From NCBI GenBank assembly GCA_902796435.1, contig CADBPG010000005.1:148-64147 (forward strand): 64,000 nt of DNA, read 5' to 3'. Positions 1 through 9,360 of this stretch are shown in pieces (the stretch's first letter is position 1; the number at the start of each line of letters is the position of its first letter). Position numbers and translations under genes: made by a program. A model generated the notes under the pieces. The model did no database searches. It was not told the DNA's origin and saw nothing but the letters and a program-made list of their open reading frames with translations. The stretch is from an uncultured Eubacteriales bacterium. Its GTDB lineage: Bacteria; Bacillota; Clostridia; Lachnospirales; Bianqueaceae.

Positions 1-1
1 T

Positions 2-1054
2 GAACGTGCGGTGCCGCTGCGCCTGGACAGTCGGGAGTTCCATTTCCCTGAAGATGTGGAGAAGGGCGATGCGCTGATCGTGTTCTCCAAGAAATCCGTC
101 CTGTATGTGGCGGCGGAACTTCGGGCGCGGCATGTTTCCACCAGTGTGATCTACGGCGCATTGCCCTATGACGTGCGCTCCAACGAGGTGGAACGGTTCG
201 CCTCCGGCCAGACCGATGTGGTCGTGGCCACCGATGCCATCGGCATGGGCTTGAATCTCCCGATCCGTCGGATCGTTTTCCTGGAGAATACCAAATTCGA
301 CGGGGTCGAACGGCGTCCGCTGAAGCCTTCGGAGATACAGCAGATCGCTGGCCGTGCCGGACGGTATGGTAAATTCGAGGTGGGTATGTACACCGCGGAA
401 TTTGGCAAGCGGGAGATCCGCCGGGACTATCATACCCAGGTGGAGGAACTGGAAAAAGCCTATCTGAAATTCCCCCGCACGCTGATCAGCATCCCGTCGC
501 CCATCTCGGTCCTTCTGGAGCAGTGGGCCGCCATGGAGAATCCCGGCCTGTTCTGGAAGGGTAACATCGAGGAGGAGATCAAGCTCTGCAAGGAACTGGA
601 AGAGCTGTCCGATGACAAGCTGCTGATCTATGATTTTGCCATGATCCCCTTCGACACCGATGATCCGGATCTGCATGATATCTGGCTGGAATTGTTCTCC
701 ATCGCGGAAGCCGGAGACGATACCTACAATATCTTGCATTATCTGGCAAAACGTCCCTATGAAGGCATGGATCTGGATGATCTGGAGCATGAACATAAGA
801 AGATCGGTCTTTTGTTATACTATTCCTGGAAGCACTCGATCACAGAGTATTCCGAAGCTCTGCTGGAACGTAAGCACCAGGTGTGCGAGGAAATGATCCG
901 ACAGCTGTCCCGCCAGAATTATGCCATCCGGACCTGTCCGGCCTGTGGCAGACGCCTGGCCTGGAACTGGCCCTATCGTTTATGTAATGATTGTTTCGAA
1001 AAGGAAGGAAACGGCAGGTACCGGGAACGCCGGTACCGGAAAGGCAGAAGATAA
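2..1054 (+). CDS. Superfamily-2 ATP-dependent helicase (SUV3-like), C-terminal part; the 5' end lies outside the window
   Basis: The frame is open from the window edge. It has a helicase C-terminal domain motif (DVVVATDAIGMGLNLPIRRIVF ... QIAGRAGR) and a C-terminal CPAC...CNDC zinc-ribbon-like tail followed by a basic tail. Confidence 0.7.
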   Translation, partial: ERAVPLRLDSREFHFPEDVEKGDALIVFSKKSVLYVAAELRARHVSTSVIYGALPYDVRSNEVERFASGQTDVVVATDAIGMGLNLPIRRIVFLENTKFDGVERRPLKPSEIQQIAGRAGRYGKFEVGMYTAEFGKREIRRDYHTQVEELEKAYLKFPRTLISIPSPISVLLEQWAAMENPGLFWKGNIEEEIKLCKELEELSDDKLLIYDFAMIPFDTDDPDLHDIWLELFSIAEAGDDTYNILHYLAKRPYEGMDLDDLEHEHKKIGLLLYYSWKHSITEYSEALLERKHQVCEEMIRQLSRQNYAIRTCPACGRRLAWNWPYRLCNDCFEKEGNGRYRERRYRKGRR

Positions 1055-1055
1055 C

Positions 1056-2780
1056 ATGCTTGCATCACAAAAATTAAGAGAGATCGCGCCGGAGCTGGAT
1101 CCCTTACGACTGGGCACCGGATGGCAGATCGAGGACCTGTCCAAACCCCAGATCATGATCGAGAGCACCTTTGGTGACAGCCATCCCGGCAGTGTCCATC
1201 TGCTGGAACTGGCGGAAGAAGCCCGCCGGGGCATTCAGGATGCGGGGGGATTCGGTGCGCGCTATATCACGACGGACATCTGTGATGGGGAAGCCCAGGG
1301 GCATGACGGGATCAATTATTCCCTGGCCTCCCGGGATATGATCTGCAATATGATCGAGATCCATGCCGGCGCCACGCCCTTCGATGGAGCGGTCTTTGCC
1401 GCCAGCTGTGACAAGGGCATGCCCGCCCATCTGATGGGCCTAGGCCGGGTCAATATCCCTTCCATCGTCATCACCGGCGGTGTGATGGACGCAGGCCCTG
1501 ACCTTCTGACATTGGAGCAGATCGGTGCCTATCATGCCATGCTGGAGCGGGGCGAGATCACGGAAGAGCAGATGACGTTCTACAAGACCCATGCCTGCCC
1601 CTCCTGCGGCGCCTGCTCCTTCATGGGTACCGCTTCCACCATGCAGATCATGGCAGAAGCTTTAGGCCTGATGCTGCCGGGCACGGCTCTGATGCCGGCC
1701 ACATCCAAGGAACTGCGGGAAGCCGCCTATGAAGCGGGCAAACGCAGTGTAGCTCTGGCGAAAGAACGTATGAAGCCTCGGGACATCGTCACCATGGATT
1801 CCTTTGAGAACGCGATCCTTGTGCATGCGGCGATCTCCGGATCCACCAATTCGCTGCTGCATCTGCCGGCCATCGCCCATGAGTTCGGCCTGACCATCGA
1901 TGGTGATACCTTCGACAGGCTGCACAGAGGCGCCCATTATCTGCTGGACATCCGGCCTGCGGGTTTCTGGCCGGCCCAGTATTTCTATTATGCGGGTGGC
2001 GTACCCAGGATCATGGAACAGATCCGTCCCTTCCTGCATCTGGATGCGATGACGGTCACCGGACGCACCTTGGGTGAAAACCTGGACGAACTGAAAGCCT
2101 CCGGATTCTACGATCGTACCGATGCCTTGCTGGAGGCGCACGCACCAGGCCATACCTGGCAGGAGATCATCCGTCCTTACGATGATGCATTGGGTACCGA
2201 TGGCAGCATCGCCGTGCTGTACGGCAATATCGCACCACAGGGCGCTGTCGTCAAACATACGGTGGTCCCGAAGGCCATGTTCCAGGCGGTCCTGAAGGCA
2301 CGTCCCTTCAATAGTGAAGAAGAGGCCATCGCCGCGGTCCTGTCCCATGAGATCCAACCGGGAGACGCGGTGATCATCCGATACGAGGGCCCCAAGGGAT
2401 CCGGTATGCCGGAAATGTTCTATACCACCGAAGCTATCGCTTCTGATGAGAAATTGGGTGCATCCATCGCACTGTTGACAGATGGACGTTTTTCCGGTGC
2501 CTCCAAGGGGCCGGCCATCGGCCATATTTCTCCGGAAGCCGCGGAGGGCGGTCCCATCGCCTGCATCGAAGAGGGTGATCTGATCGAGATCGATATCCCG
2601 AACAGGACCCTGCGCATGGTGGGGATCCATGGTGTGCCTGTGGAAGAGGCAGAAGTCGCCCGGGTACTTGAGGAGCGGGCCGCTCGTCTTGAACCCTTCC
2701 ATTCCAAATATGAATCCGGGGTGCTGAAGTTCTATGGAGAACATGCGGTATCCCCGATGAAAGGCGGGTATATGGCCTGA
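1056..2780 (+). CDS. IlvD/Edd family dehydratase (sugar-acid dehydratase-like paralogue)
   Basis: The ATG at 1056 (MLASQKL...) sits 1 nt after the helicase stop. Family motifs are present: SCDKGMPAHLMG, TDICDGEAQGHDG, GACSFMGTASTM, LLTDGRFSGAS. The ORF-track start at 921 overlaps the upstream gene and is unlikely. Confidence 0.85.
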   Translation: MLASQKLREIAPELDPLRLGTGWQIEDLSKPQIMIESTFGDSHPGSVHLLELAEEARRGIQDAGGFGARYITTDICDGEAQGHDGINYSLASRDMICNMIEIHAGATPFDGAVFAASCDKGMPAHLMGLGRVNIPSIVITGGVMDAGPDLLTLEQIGAYHAMLERGEITEEQMTFYKTHACPSCGACSFMGTASTMQIMAEALGLMLPGTALMPATSKELREAAYEAGKRSVALAKERMKPRDIVTMDSFENAILVHAAISGSTNSLLHLPAIAHEFGLTIDGDTFDRLHRGAHYLLDIRPAGFWPAQYFYYAGGVPRIMEQIRPFLHLDAMTVTGRTLGENLDELKASGFYDRTDALLEAHAPGHTWQEIIRPYDDALGTDGSIAVLYGNIAPQGAVVKHTVVPKAMFQAVLKARPFNSEEEAIAAVLSHEIQPGDAVIIRYEGPKGSGMPEMFYTTEAIASDEKLGASIALLTDGRFSGASKGPAIGHISPEAAEGGPIACIEEGDLIEIDIPNRTLRMVGIHGVPVEEAEVARVLEERAARLEPFHSKYESGVLKFYGEHAVSPMKGGYMA

Positions 2781-3919
2781 TGGAACGCGCACAATACCTG
2801 TCTTACCTTGTAAAGACCGTGCTTCCTGTACTGGAGGCGGCGGGCAAGGAAGAACTCATAGCCACCTTTCCTATCGAGGAAAGAGAAGGCACGAACCGTA
2901 CCGGATGCTCGTATTTTGAATGGATCGGGCGTCTGGTCTGTGGCATCGCGCCTTGGCTGGAGGCTAAGATCTCGGACCCGGAGGAGGAGCAACTGCGGAA
3001 GACCTGCACTGATCTGACCCTGCGTGCGATCCAGGCCCAGTTCGATCCCGCTTCCCCTGATTACGCGGGCTTTGATGAGAAGATTCCGGCACAGCCCCAG
3101 TTTCTGGTGGACCTGGCCTTCCTGGCCCAGGGCATCCTACGAGCGCCGAAAGTCCTGAAGGATGCCATCGATGCGGAAACACGCAGCCGCATCCTGGATG
3201 TGCTGGTCTGTTCTCGCAAGATCCAGCCCTATCCCTGCAACTGGATCCTGTTTTCCGCCGTTGTGGAGGCCCTGATCCAGGCCTGGACTGGGAACTATGC
3301 GGAGAAGCCAGCCCGCTATGGGCTGACCCAGATGGACGCCTGGTATAAGGGCGATGGCATCTACGGGGACGGTCCGGAACTGGCTGTGGACTATTATAAC
3401 AGTTATGTGATCCATCCCATGCTGCAGACATTGGCGGATCATTTTCCGGCGCTTTGTGGCCCTGAACTTGTGTCCAGAATCCGGGTAAGAAGCCTGCGTT
3501 ATGCACTGATCCAGTACAAGATGATCGCTTCGGATGGCACTTTCCCGGCCACAGGACGTTCCATCACCTACCGGTGCGGCGCCTTCCACCATCTGGCAGA
3601 CTGTGCCCTCAGGCACCAGTGCCCGGAGGAGACGACACCTGGTGACGTGCGCGAAGCTTTAGGTAGCGTCATCCAAAGGACCCTGACGCCAGAGGATTTC
3701 CGCCCGGACGGAGCCCTTTGGATCGGTCTCAGCGGGCATCAGCCGGGTCTGGGGGAGGATTATATCTCCACCGGCAGCCTGTACTTATGTGTCACGGCAT
3801 TCCTGCCTCTAGGGCTTGCTCCGGCAGACCCCTTCTGGATGGAAGCGCCGTCCGGTGCTGATCCTTGGAGCGGCAGGGACTGCCTCCGGGATCACGCCTA
3901 TCATGAATCTATAGAATAA
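2780..3919 (+). CDS. Hypothetical protein, DUF2264-like (recalled family resemblance only)
   Basis: A 379-aa ORF whose start overlaps the upstream stop (TGATG). The segment WYKGDGIYGDGPELAVDYYNSYVIHPML resembles the DUF2264 N-terminal domain as I remember it. Confidence 0.5.
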   Translation: MERAQYLSYLVKTVLPVLEAAGKEELIATFPIEEREGTNRTGCSYFEWIGRLVCGIAPWLEAKISDPEEEQLRKTCTDLTLRAIQAQFDPASPDYAGFDEKIPAQPQFLVDLAFLAQGILRAPKVLKDAIDAETRSRILDVLVCSRKIQPYPCNWILFSAVVEALIQAWTGNYAEKPARYGLTQMDAWYKGDGIYGDGPELAVDYYNSYVIHPMLQTLADHFPALCGPELVSRIRVRSLRYALIQYKMIASDGTFPATGRSITYRCGAFHHLADCALRHQCPEETTPGDVREALGSVIQRTLTPEDFRPDGALWIGLSGHQPGLGEDYISTGSLYLCVTAFLPLGLAPADPFWMEAPSGADPWSGRDCLRDHAYHESIE

Positions 3920-3930
3920 GGAGCCTGTAT

Positions 3931-4362
3931 TTGAATATCAGCAGCTGTTTCCTCGGCCGCGAGCCGTTGACAGAAAAAGAACTTAAAGCTCTCCAGCCCA
4001 TCGCCATGGCATTTATCGGCGATACTATATTCGATGCCTTTCTGCGCAGCCGCCTGGTGGCCTTCACCACGCTGACACCGGCCGGCCTGCATCAGGCCGC
4101 TTCCAAGTATGCCAATGCCGGGGCCCAGGCGCAGATCATGTACCGCATCGAGAAGATCCTGACGGAGGAAGAGCATGAGATCTTCCGCCGCGGACGCAAT
4201 GCCAAAAGCCATACGATCCCGAAAAATGCTAAACCCTATGATTACCGCATGGCCACCGCTTTTGAATGTCTGCTGGGCTATCTGTACCTGTCCGGCCAGG
4301 ACTTAAGGTTGATGGAGGTACTGGAGGCAGCCGTGCCTGAACTGATCGAGGAGGTATCTTGA
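3931..4362 (+). CDS. mrnC: Mini-ribonuclease 3
   Basis: About 140 aa with FIGDTIFDAFLRSRL and ATAFECLLGYLYLSG motifs. It sits in the conserved mrnC-rlmB-sigH context of Firmicutes. Confidence 0.85.
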   Translation: MNISSCFLGREPLTEKELKALQPIAMAFIGDTIFDAFLRSRLVAFTTLTPAGLHQAASKYANAGAQAQIMYRIEKILTEEEHEIFRRGRNAKSHTIPKNAKPYDYRMATAFECLLGYLYLSGQDLRLMEVLEAAVPELIEEVS

Positions 4363-4363
4363 G

Positions 4364-5122
4364 ATGAAACAGGAGATCATGTATGTGATCGGCCGCAACG
4401 CAGTGCGTGAAGTGCTGGAATCCGGCCACGAAGTATATAAACTTTCCGTGCTTTCCTCGGGAAAGGATGAGACGATTTCCTCCCTGGTAAAAATGGCACA
4501 GGCCCGCAGGATCCCCATCGAGTATAAGAACCGGGATGAACTGAACCGGATCAGCAAGGGCAACCATCAAGGCGTCATCGCCTCCTGTGCCGGCTATGGC
4601 TATGTGACCGTGGACGAGATCCTGGACAGAGCGCGGGAGAAGGGGGAGGACCCCTTTGTCCTGATCCTGGAAAGCATCCAGGACCCACATAACCTGGGAG
4701 CGATCATCCGCACGGCGGAGACCGCGGGTGTCCATGGTGTCATCATCGGACGCAACCGGGCCGTGGGGCTGACCTATGCGGCGGCTAAGACGGCCGCAGG
4801 TGCCCTGGAATACGTGCCCGTCGCCCAGGTGACCAATCTGGTGCGGACCATCGATCAATTGAAGGAAGAAGGCCTGTGGGCCGTCTGTGCGGATATGGAC
4901 GGGGAACTGATCTACGGAGCGGATCTGACCGGCCCCATCGCTTTGGTGATCGGTGGTGAGCACGAAGGGATCGGCCGTCTGGTGAAGGAACATTGTGACC
5001 GGACCGTCCGCCTGCCCATGCAGGGGCATATCACATCATTGAATGCGTCAGTCGCCGCCGGGATCAGTATCTATGAGATCGTGCGGCAAAGAAGAGGAAA
5101 AGTGCATGCCGAAACGAAGTGA
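4364..5122 (+). CDS. rlmB: 23S rRNA (guanosine-2'-O)-methyltransferase, TrmH/SpoU family (RlmB/YacO type)
   Basis: SpoU-type motifs are present (LESIQDPHNLGAIIRTAETAGV, LVIGGEHEGI, LNASVAAGISIYE). It lies immediately after mrnC. Confidence 0.85.
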   Translation: MKQEIMYVIGRNAVREVLESGHEVYKLSVLSSGKDETISSLVKMAQARRIPIEYKNRDELNRISKGNHQGVIASCAGYGYVTVDEILDRAREKGEDPFVLILESIQDPHNLGAIIRTAETAGVHGVIIGRNRAVGLTYAAAKTAAGALEYVPVAQVTNLVRTIDQLKEEGLWAVCADMDGELIYGADLTGPIALVIGGEHEGIGRLVKEHCDRTVRLPMQGHITSLNASVAAGISIYEIVRQRRGKVHAETK

Positions 5123-5723
5123 TGAAAGCATGGTCCGGGAGATCCAGGAGGCTGGCCCCTTGGAAAGCCGGAAGACTCTGGAGGATCTGTTCGTCCGTTA
5201 TAAGGATTTTGTCCGTGCCAGGACCCATTCCTATTTCCTGATCGGCGCTGATCGGGACGATCTGATCCAGGAGGGTATGATCGGCTTATATAAAGCAGTA
5301 CTGGATTATGATCCCGCCCGGGATGCATCTTTCCGGTCCTTTGCGGATATCTGCGTGCGCCGCCAGATCCTGACCGCGGTGCGCAACGCGAACCGCATGA
5401 AGCATTATCCGCTGAATTCTTCCATCTCTTTGAACAGTACCATTCAAGAGGATGGAGAAGAGCAGGAATATACGTTGATGGACGTGCTGGCGGACAACCG
5501 GATCGTGGATCCGCAGATGATTCTGGTGAGCGCGGAGGAAAAGCGCAGGATCGAGTCCCAGATCGTAGATACCTTAAGCTCCCTGGAAAAGCAGGTACTG
5601 GATCTCTATGTGGAAGGACTGGACTATCAGCAGATCGCCCGGGTACTGGAGCGGCCGCCCAAATCCATCGACAACGCACTGCAGCGGGCCCGGCATAAAG
5701 TCTCCGGTATCGCCGGTAAATGA
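5106..5723 (+). CDS. sigH: RNA polymerase sigma-H factor
   Basis: Starts at ATG 5106 (MPKRSDES). It has sigma-70 region 2 (DLIQEGMIGLYKAVLDYD) and a region 4 HTH (YQQIARVLERPPKSIDNALQRARHKV), and the synteny with rlmB fits. Confidence 0.85.
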   Translation: MPKRSDESMVREIQEAGPLESRKTLEDLFVRYKDFVRARTHSYFLIGADRDDLIQEGMIGLYKAVLDYDPARDASFRSFADICVRRQILTAVRNANRMKHYPLNSSISLNSTIQEDGEEQEYTLMDVLADNRIVDPQMILVSAEEKRRIESQIVDTLSSLEKQVLDLYVEGLDYQQIARVLERPPKSIDNALQRARHKVSGIAGK

Positions 5724-5833
5724 TCAATCTTCCCTAAAAACTGACATTTATCCCTCGCATCTTGCCATCGATCCCGGCTGGGTGTATAGTGAGGGCAACT
5801 TCAGAACAACGGGAAGGAGGAAACGAAAGTACG

Positions 5834-6268
5834 ATGCAGTGGTTATATATTTGGATCGCTGTCCTGGTCATTTCAGTGATCATCGAAGCCTTAAGCATGC
5901 AGTTGATGACGATCTGGTTCGCCATCGGGGCGATCTGTGCATGGATCGTTTCCGTTGTGGGCGGTCCGATCTGGCTGCAGCTTTGCGTCTTTGTTGGAGT
6001 TTCCATACTCACATTGATCCTTACCCGACCGATCGCGCTCAAGTATCTGAATCCGAAACATGAGCCGACGAACGCGGACGCTGTTCCTGGTAAAGAAGGG
6101 ATCGTGGTCGCGGAAGTCCGGCCGGTGGAAGGCATCGGACAGATCAAAGTCGGTGGACAGATCTGGTCGGCAAAGCCGGAGGATGGGACCAACGTCATTC
6201 CGGTGGGCACCCGGGTACAGGTTTTACGTATCGAAGGTGTCAAAGCTGTGATTCGTGTTATCGAATAG
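5834..6268 (+). CDS. NfeD family membrane protein
   Basis: ATG 5834 is preceded by GGAAGGAGGA. The N-terminus has TM helices and the C-terminus an OB-fold-like region (GQIKVGGQIWSAKPE...VQVLRIEGVKAVI). It is paired with an SPFH gene. Confidence 0.8.
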   Translation: MQWLYIWIAVLVISVIIEALSMQLMTIWFAIGAICAWIVSVVGGPIWLQLCVFVGVSILTLILTRPIALKYLNPKHEPTNADAVPGKEGIVVAEVRPVEGIGQIKVGGQIWSAKPEDGTNVIPVGTRVQVLRIEGVKAVIRVIE

Positions 6269-6298
6269 CATTTCAATCTATAAAAAGGAGAAAACGTC

Positions 6299-7234
6299 AT
6301 GACATTGTACATTATTCTTGGTGTGATCATCATCCTTGCACTGATCGTGATCTGCAACTTCCGTATCGTTCCGCAGGCCAATGCCTATGTGATCGAGCGC
6401 CTGGGCGCTTACAAGCAGACCTGGGAGGTCGGCTTGCATTTTCTGGTTCCCTTCATCGACCGTGTCGAGCGTCGTGTCAACCTGAAGGAACAGGTCGCGG
6501 ATTTCCCGCCGCAGCCGGTTATCACCAAAGATAACGCAACGATCCAGATCGATACCGTCGTATTCTTCCAGATCACAGATCCTAAGGCATACACCTACGG
6601 TGTTGAAAAGCCCATGATCGCCATCGGAAACCTTTCCGCAACCACCCTGCGTAACATCATTGGTGACCTGGAACTGGATGAGACCTTCACCTCCCGTGAT
6701 ATCATCAATACCAAGATGCGCACCATCCTGGATGAGGCAACGGATCCCTGGGGCATCAAGGTCAACCGCGTTGAAGTCAAGAACATCATTCCTCCGGCGG
6801 AGATCCAGCAGGCCATGGAGAAGCAGATGAAGGCAGAACGTGAGAAGCGTGAGTCCATCCTGCGTGCGGAAGGTAACAAGCAGTCCCAGATCCTGGTGGC
6901 TGAAGGTAAGAAAGAAGCCCAGATCCTGGAAGCTGAGGCTGAAAAGGAAGCCGCGATCCTGCGTGCGGACGCGCAGCGTGCCGCTAAGATCCTGGAAGCC
7001 CAGGGTGATGCGGAAGCGATCCTGAAGGTCCAGCAGGCGACTGCGGAAGGTATCCGCATGCTGAAGGAAGCAGGTCCGGATACGGGCGTCATTTCCCTGA
7101 AGAGCCTGGAAGCCTTTGCGAAGGCGGCAGACGGCAAGGCAACGAAGATCATCATCCCCTCCGAGCTGCAGTCTCTGGCAGGTCTGGTGACCTCCGCGAT
7201 CGAGATCGCGAAACCGGAAGAGAAAAAGGACTGA
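6299..7234 (+). CDS. SPFH/Band 7 (stomatin-like) domain protein
   Basis: It has an N-terminal TM helix, an SPFH core (VPQANAYVIERLGAY..., ATDPWGIKVNRVEVKNI) and a coiled-coil Ala/Glu-rich tail. This is the classic NfeD-SPFH operon. Confidence 0.9.
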   Translation: MTLYIILGVIIILALIVICNFRIVPQANAYVIERLGAYKQTWEVGLHFLVPFIDRVERRVNLKEQVADFPPQPVITKDNATIQIDTVVFFQITDPKAYTYGVEKPMIAIGNLSATTLRNIIGDLELDETFTSRDIINTKMRTILDEATDPWGIKVNRVEVKNIIPPAEIQQAMEKQMKAEREKRESILRAEGNKQSQILVAEGKKEAQILEAEAEKEAAILRADAQRAAKILEAQGDAEAILKVQQATAEGIRMLKEAGPDTGVISLKSLEAFAKAADGKATKIIIPSELQSLAGLVTSAIEIAKPEEKKD

Positions 7235-7251
7235 TCTTAAGATCTTAAGAG

Positions 7252-7279
7252 AGGCCGGCAGTAAATGCCGGCCTTTTTA
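7252..7279 (+). terminator. Rho-independent terminator after the SPFH gene
   Basis: Hairpin AGGCCGGCA-GTAAA-TGCCGGCCT followed by TTTT. Confidence 0.8.
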
Positions 7280-7343
7280 AGTTGATTTCTTCTGATGGAT
7301 TTGTTACAATGAATATATTAATCTGTCAAAGGAATCTTTCATC

Positions 7344-7832
7344 ATGGATGATACTGCTTTTATGAGAGAGGCCCTGGTCGAGGCGCAAAAAGCCTACGAT
7401 GCAGGGGAAACGCCGATCGGGTGTGTGATCGTACAGGACGGTCAGATCATCGGCCGCGGCTATAACCGCAGAAATCAGGCCGGATGTGCCCTGTGCCATG
7501 CGGAGATCGACGCGATCCGCAGTGCCAGCGAGGTGGTCGGTGACTGGAGGTTGGATACCTGCACGATCTACATCACGTTGGAGCCTTGCCCCATGTGTGC
7601 GGGTGCCATCGTACAGGCCAGGATCCCCAGGGCGGTCATCGGTGCCATGAACCCCAAGGCTGGGTGTGCCGGATCGATCCTGGACCTTTTGCACGAGTCA
7701 CGCTTCAACCATCAGGTGGAGACCGTGACCGGCGTCCTTGAAGAGGAAAGCAGAGACCTGATGCAGGATTTTTTCAAAAGTTTACGAGAAAGAGATAAAA
7801 AACGTAAAGAGGAAGGAAGAGAACGATCATGA
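7344..7832 (+). CDS. tadA: tRNA adenosine(34) deaminase
   Basis: CDA-fold zinc motifs HAEIDAIR and PCPMCAGAI; about 160 aa. Confidence 0.9.
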   Translation: MDDTAFMREALVEAQKAYDAGETPIGCVIVQDGQIIGRGYNRRNQAGCALCHAEIDAIRSASEVVGDWRLDTCTIYITLEPCPMCAGAIVQARIPRAVIGAMNPKAGCAGSILDLLHESRFNHQVETVTGVLEEESRDLMQDFFKSLRERDKKRKEEGRERS

Positions 7833-9358
7833 TCAAATCAGACAAAGCACCTTTGTTTGCTGTGATCGACATCGGCAGTGGCCAGGTAGGTCTGAAGATC
7901 GCGCAGCTGTCGCTGCAGGGCGGGAATCTGACGCTGCTGGAGAATGTCACCAAAACGATCCCTCTGGGCCGTGATACGTTTTCGACCGGCCGCATCAGCC
8001 CCAATATGCTGGACCAGCTGTGTCAGGCGCTCATTGGCTTCCGCCAGCTCATGCGTGAATATAAGGTGCGCAGATACAGGGCAGTCGCCACCAGTGCCTT
8101 TCGTGAAGCCAGGAACCGTGAATATATCCTGGAGCAGATCAAGGTCCGCACGCATCTGAATGTGGACATTCTGACGCGCTCGCAGGAACGGTACTATATG
8201 CAGCTGTCCGTCCGCCGGAATATCGAAGGCTTCGACAAGCTGCGTAAGGAGGGGCTGCTGGTTCTGAATGTAGGTGCGGGTACGCTGCAGCTTTCCGGCT
8301 ACGGCAAGAGCGGCCTTGTATATAACCAAAGCTTCAAGCTGGGCTCCCTGCGTGTCCGCCAGCTGCTTTCCAGCATCGAGGACAATTCACTGCAGTTTCC
8401 CAAGGTCCTGGAAGAATATGTCCTGACGCATATCGGTTCTCAGGAATATCCCTTTACGAATTTCGCCGCCACCGGCAGCGTGATCGAGGCGTTGAAATCC
8501 TACGGTATCCTGAAGGATAACAATAAAAAAGAGGATTTCGACAAGAACTACGACCGGCTCATCTACATGCCCACCCAGGCCATGACCAGCCGCCTTAGGA
8601 TGGATCATGAGCATGCGCGGACCGTCGTTCCCACGCTGATCCTGCTGCATACCTTCTGGTCCCGCCTTAAGGCAAAAACCTTGCTGTGCCCCCAGTGTTC
8701 CATGACCGGAGGCCTGCTGCTCGAGATCGCGGGCAATCTTTCTGGTGAGACGGATGCTTCCTTCGAGGAGGAGATCCTTTCCGGCGCACGTTTGATGGCC
8801 GGTGCCTATACTAAAGATGAAAAGCATGTGGAGGACGTGCTGGACAAAGCGCTCCTGCTGTTTGACAAGCTTTCCAAATCCCACGGGCTGACTTCCCGGG
8901 GCCGTCTGCTGCTGCAGCTGGCGGTATTGTTCCATGAGACCGGCAAAGCCATCAGCATGTCCGAATATGAAGAGTATTCCGCCATGCTGACAGCCTCCAG
9001 CGACATCGTCGGACTGACGGCCGATGAGGAGAAGATGCTGGAGCTTTTGGTCCGCTACCACGAAGGGGCGGAGCCTGGCGACAATGATGACGTTTATATG
9101 TCTCTATCCCATAAGAACCGGATGCTGGTCTCCAAATTGACGGCGATCCTGCAGCTGGCCTGCGCTATGGATGCCAGCCATCGGCAGAAGTTGATGGATC
9201 CGCAGATCAAGATCTCGGAGGATAAAATCAGGATCCGCGTGGTCCCGAAGGAAAGCTTCCTTTTGGAACGCTGGGCCTTTGAGCGGCATACCGCATTCTT
9301 CAACGACGTATTCGGGCTGGAACCCCAGCTGCGCCTGCAAAAAGAGGGGAGTAAATAA
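7829..9358 (+). CDS. ppx: Ppx/GppA family phosphatase (exopolyphosphatase) with a C-terminal HD-like region
   Basis: N-terminal ASKHA fold (FAVIDIGSGQVGLKIA, ATSAFREARN). The start overlaps the tadA stop (ATGA) and the gene lies directly upstream of ppk1. Confidence 0.85.
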   Translation: MIKSDKAPLFAVIDIGSGQVGLKIAQLSLQGGNLTLLENVTKTIPLGRDTFSTGRISPNMLDQLCQALIGFRQLMREYKVRRYRAVATSAFREARNREYILEQIKVRTHLNVDILTRSQERYYMQLSVRRNIEGFDKLRKEGLLVLNVGAGTLQLSGYGKSGLVYNQSFKLGSLRVRQLLSSIEDNSLQFPKVLEEYVLTHIGSQEYPFTNFAATGSVIEALKSYGILKDNNKKEDFDKNYDRLIYMPTQAMTSRLRMDHEHARTVVPTLILLHTFWSRLKAKTLLCPQCSMTGGLLLEIAGNLSGETDASFEEEILSGARLMAGAYTKDEKHVEDVLDKALLLFDKLSKSHGLTSRGRLLLQLAVLFHETGKAISMSEYEEYSAMLTASSDIVGLTADEEKMLELLVRYHEGAEPGDNDDVYMSLSHKNRMLVSKLTAILQLACAMDASHRQKLMDPQIKISEDKIRIRVVPKESFLLERWAFERHTAFFNDVFGLEPQLRLQKEGSK

Positions 9359-9360
9359 TC

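Noticed and set aside
921-1055. The ORF-track N-terminal extensions of several genes (921 for the dehydratase, 5043 for sigH, 5762 for nfeD, 13878 for the kinase, 22386 for yneA-like, 22976 for rplU, 25589 for nadD, 27473 for proS, 52936 for comEB).
   Set aside because: The extensions overlap upstream genes or promoters and lack Shine-Dalgarno sequences. Internal ATG/GTG codons preceded by GGAGG-type sites give proteins whose N-termini match the families.
1662-2792. Long antisense ORFs, for example 1662-2792(-), 4229-5029(-), 9934-10950(-), 12992-13990(+), 20718-21629(-), 27920-28945(-), 32016-33239(-), 33885-34751(-), 39405-40805(-), 42603-43565(+), 46360-47505(+), 50588-51490(+), 56260-57306(+), 61912-62751(+) and 63387-63929(-).
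   Set aside because: Each lies opposite a gene with clear family motifs. Their translations are low-complexity and rich in Arg, Gly, Asp, His and Gln, they have no recognisable motifs, and they lack Shine-Dalgarno sequences. This is typical of shadow ORFs in moderately GC-rich coding DNA.
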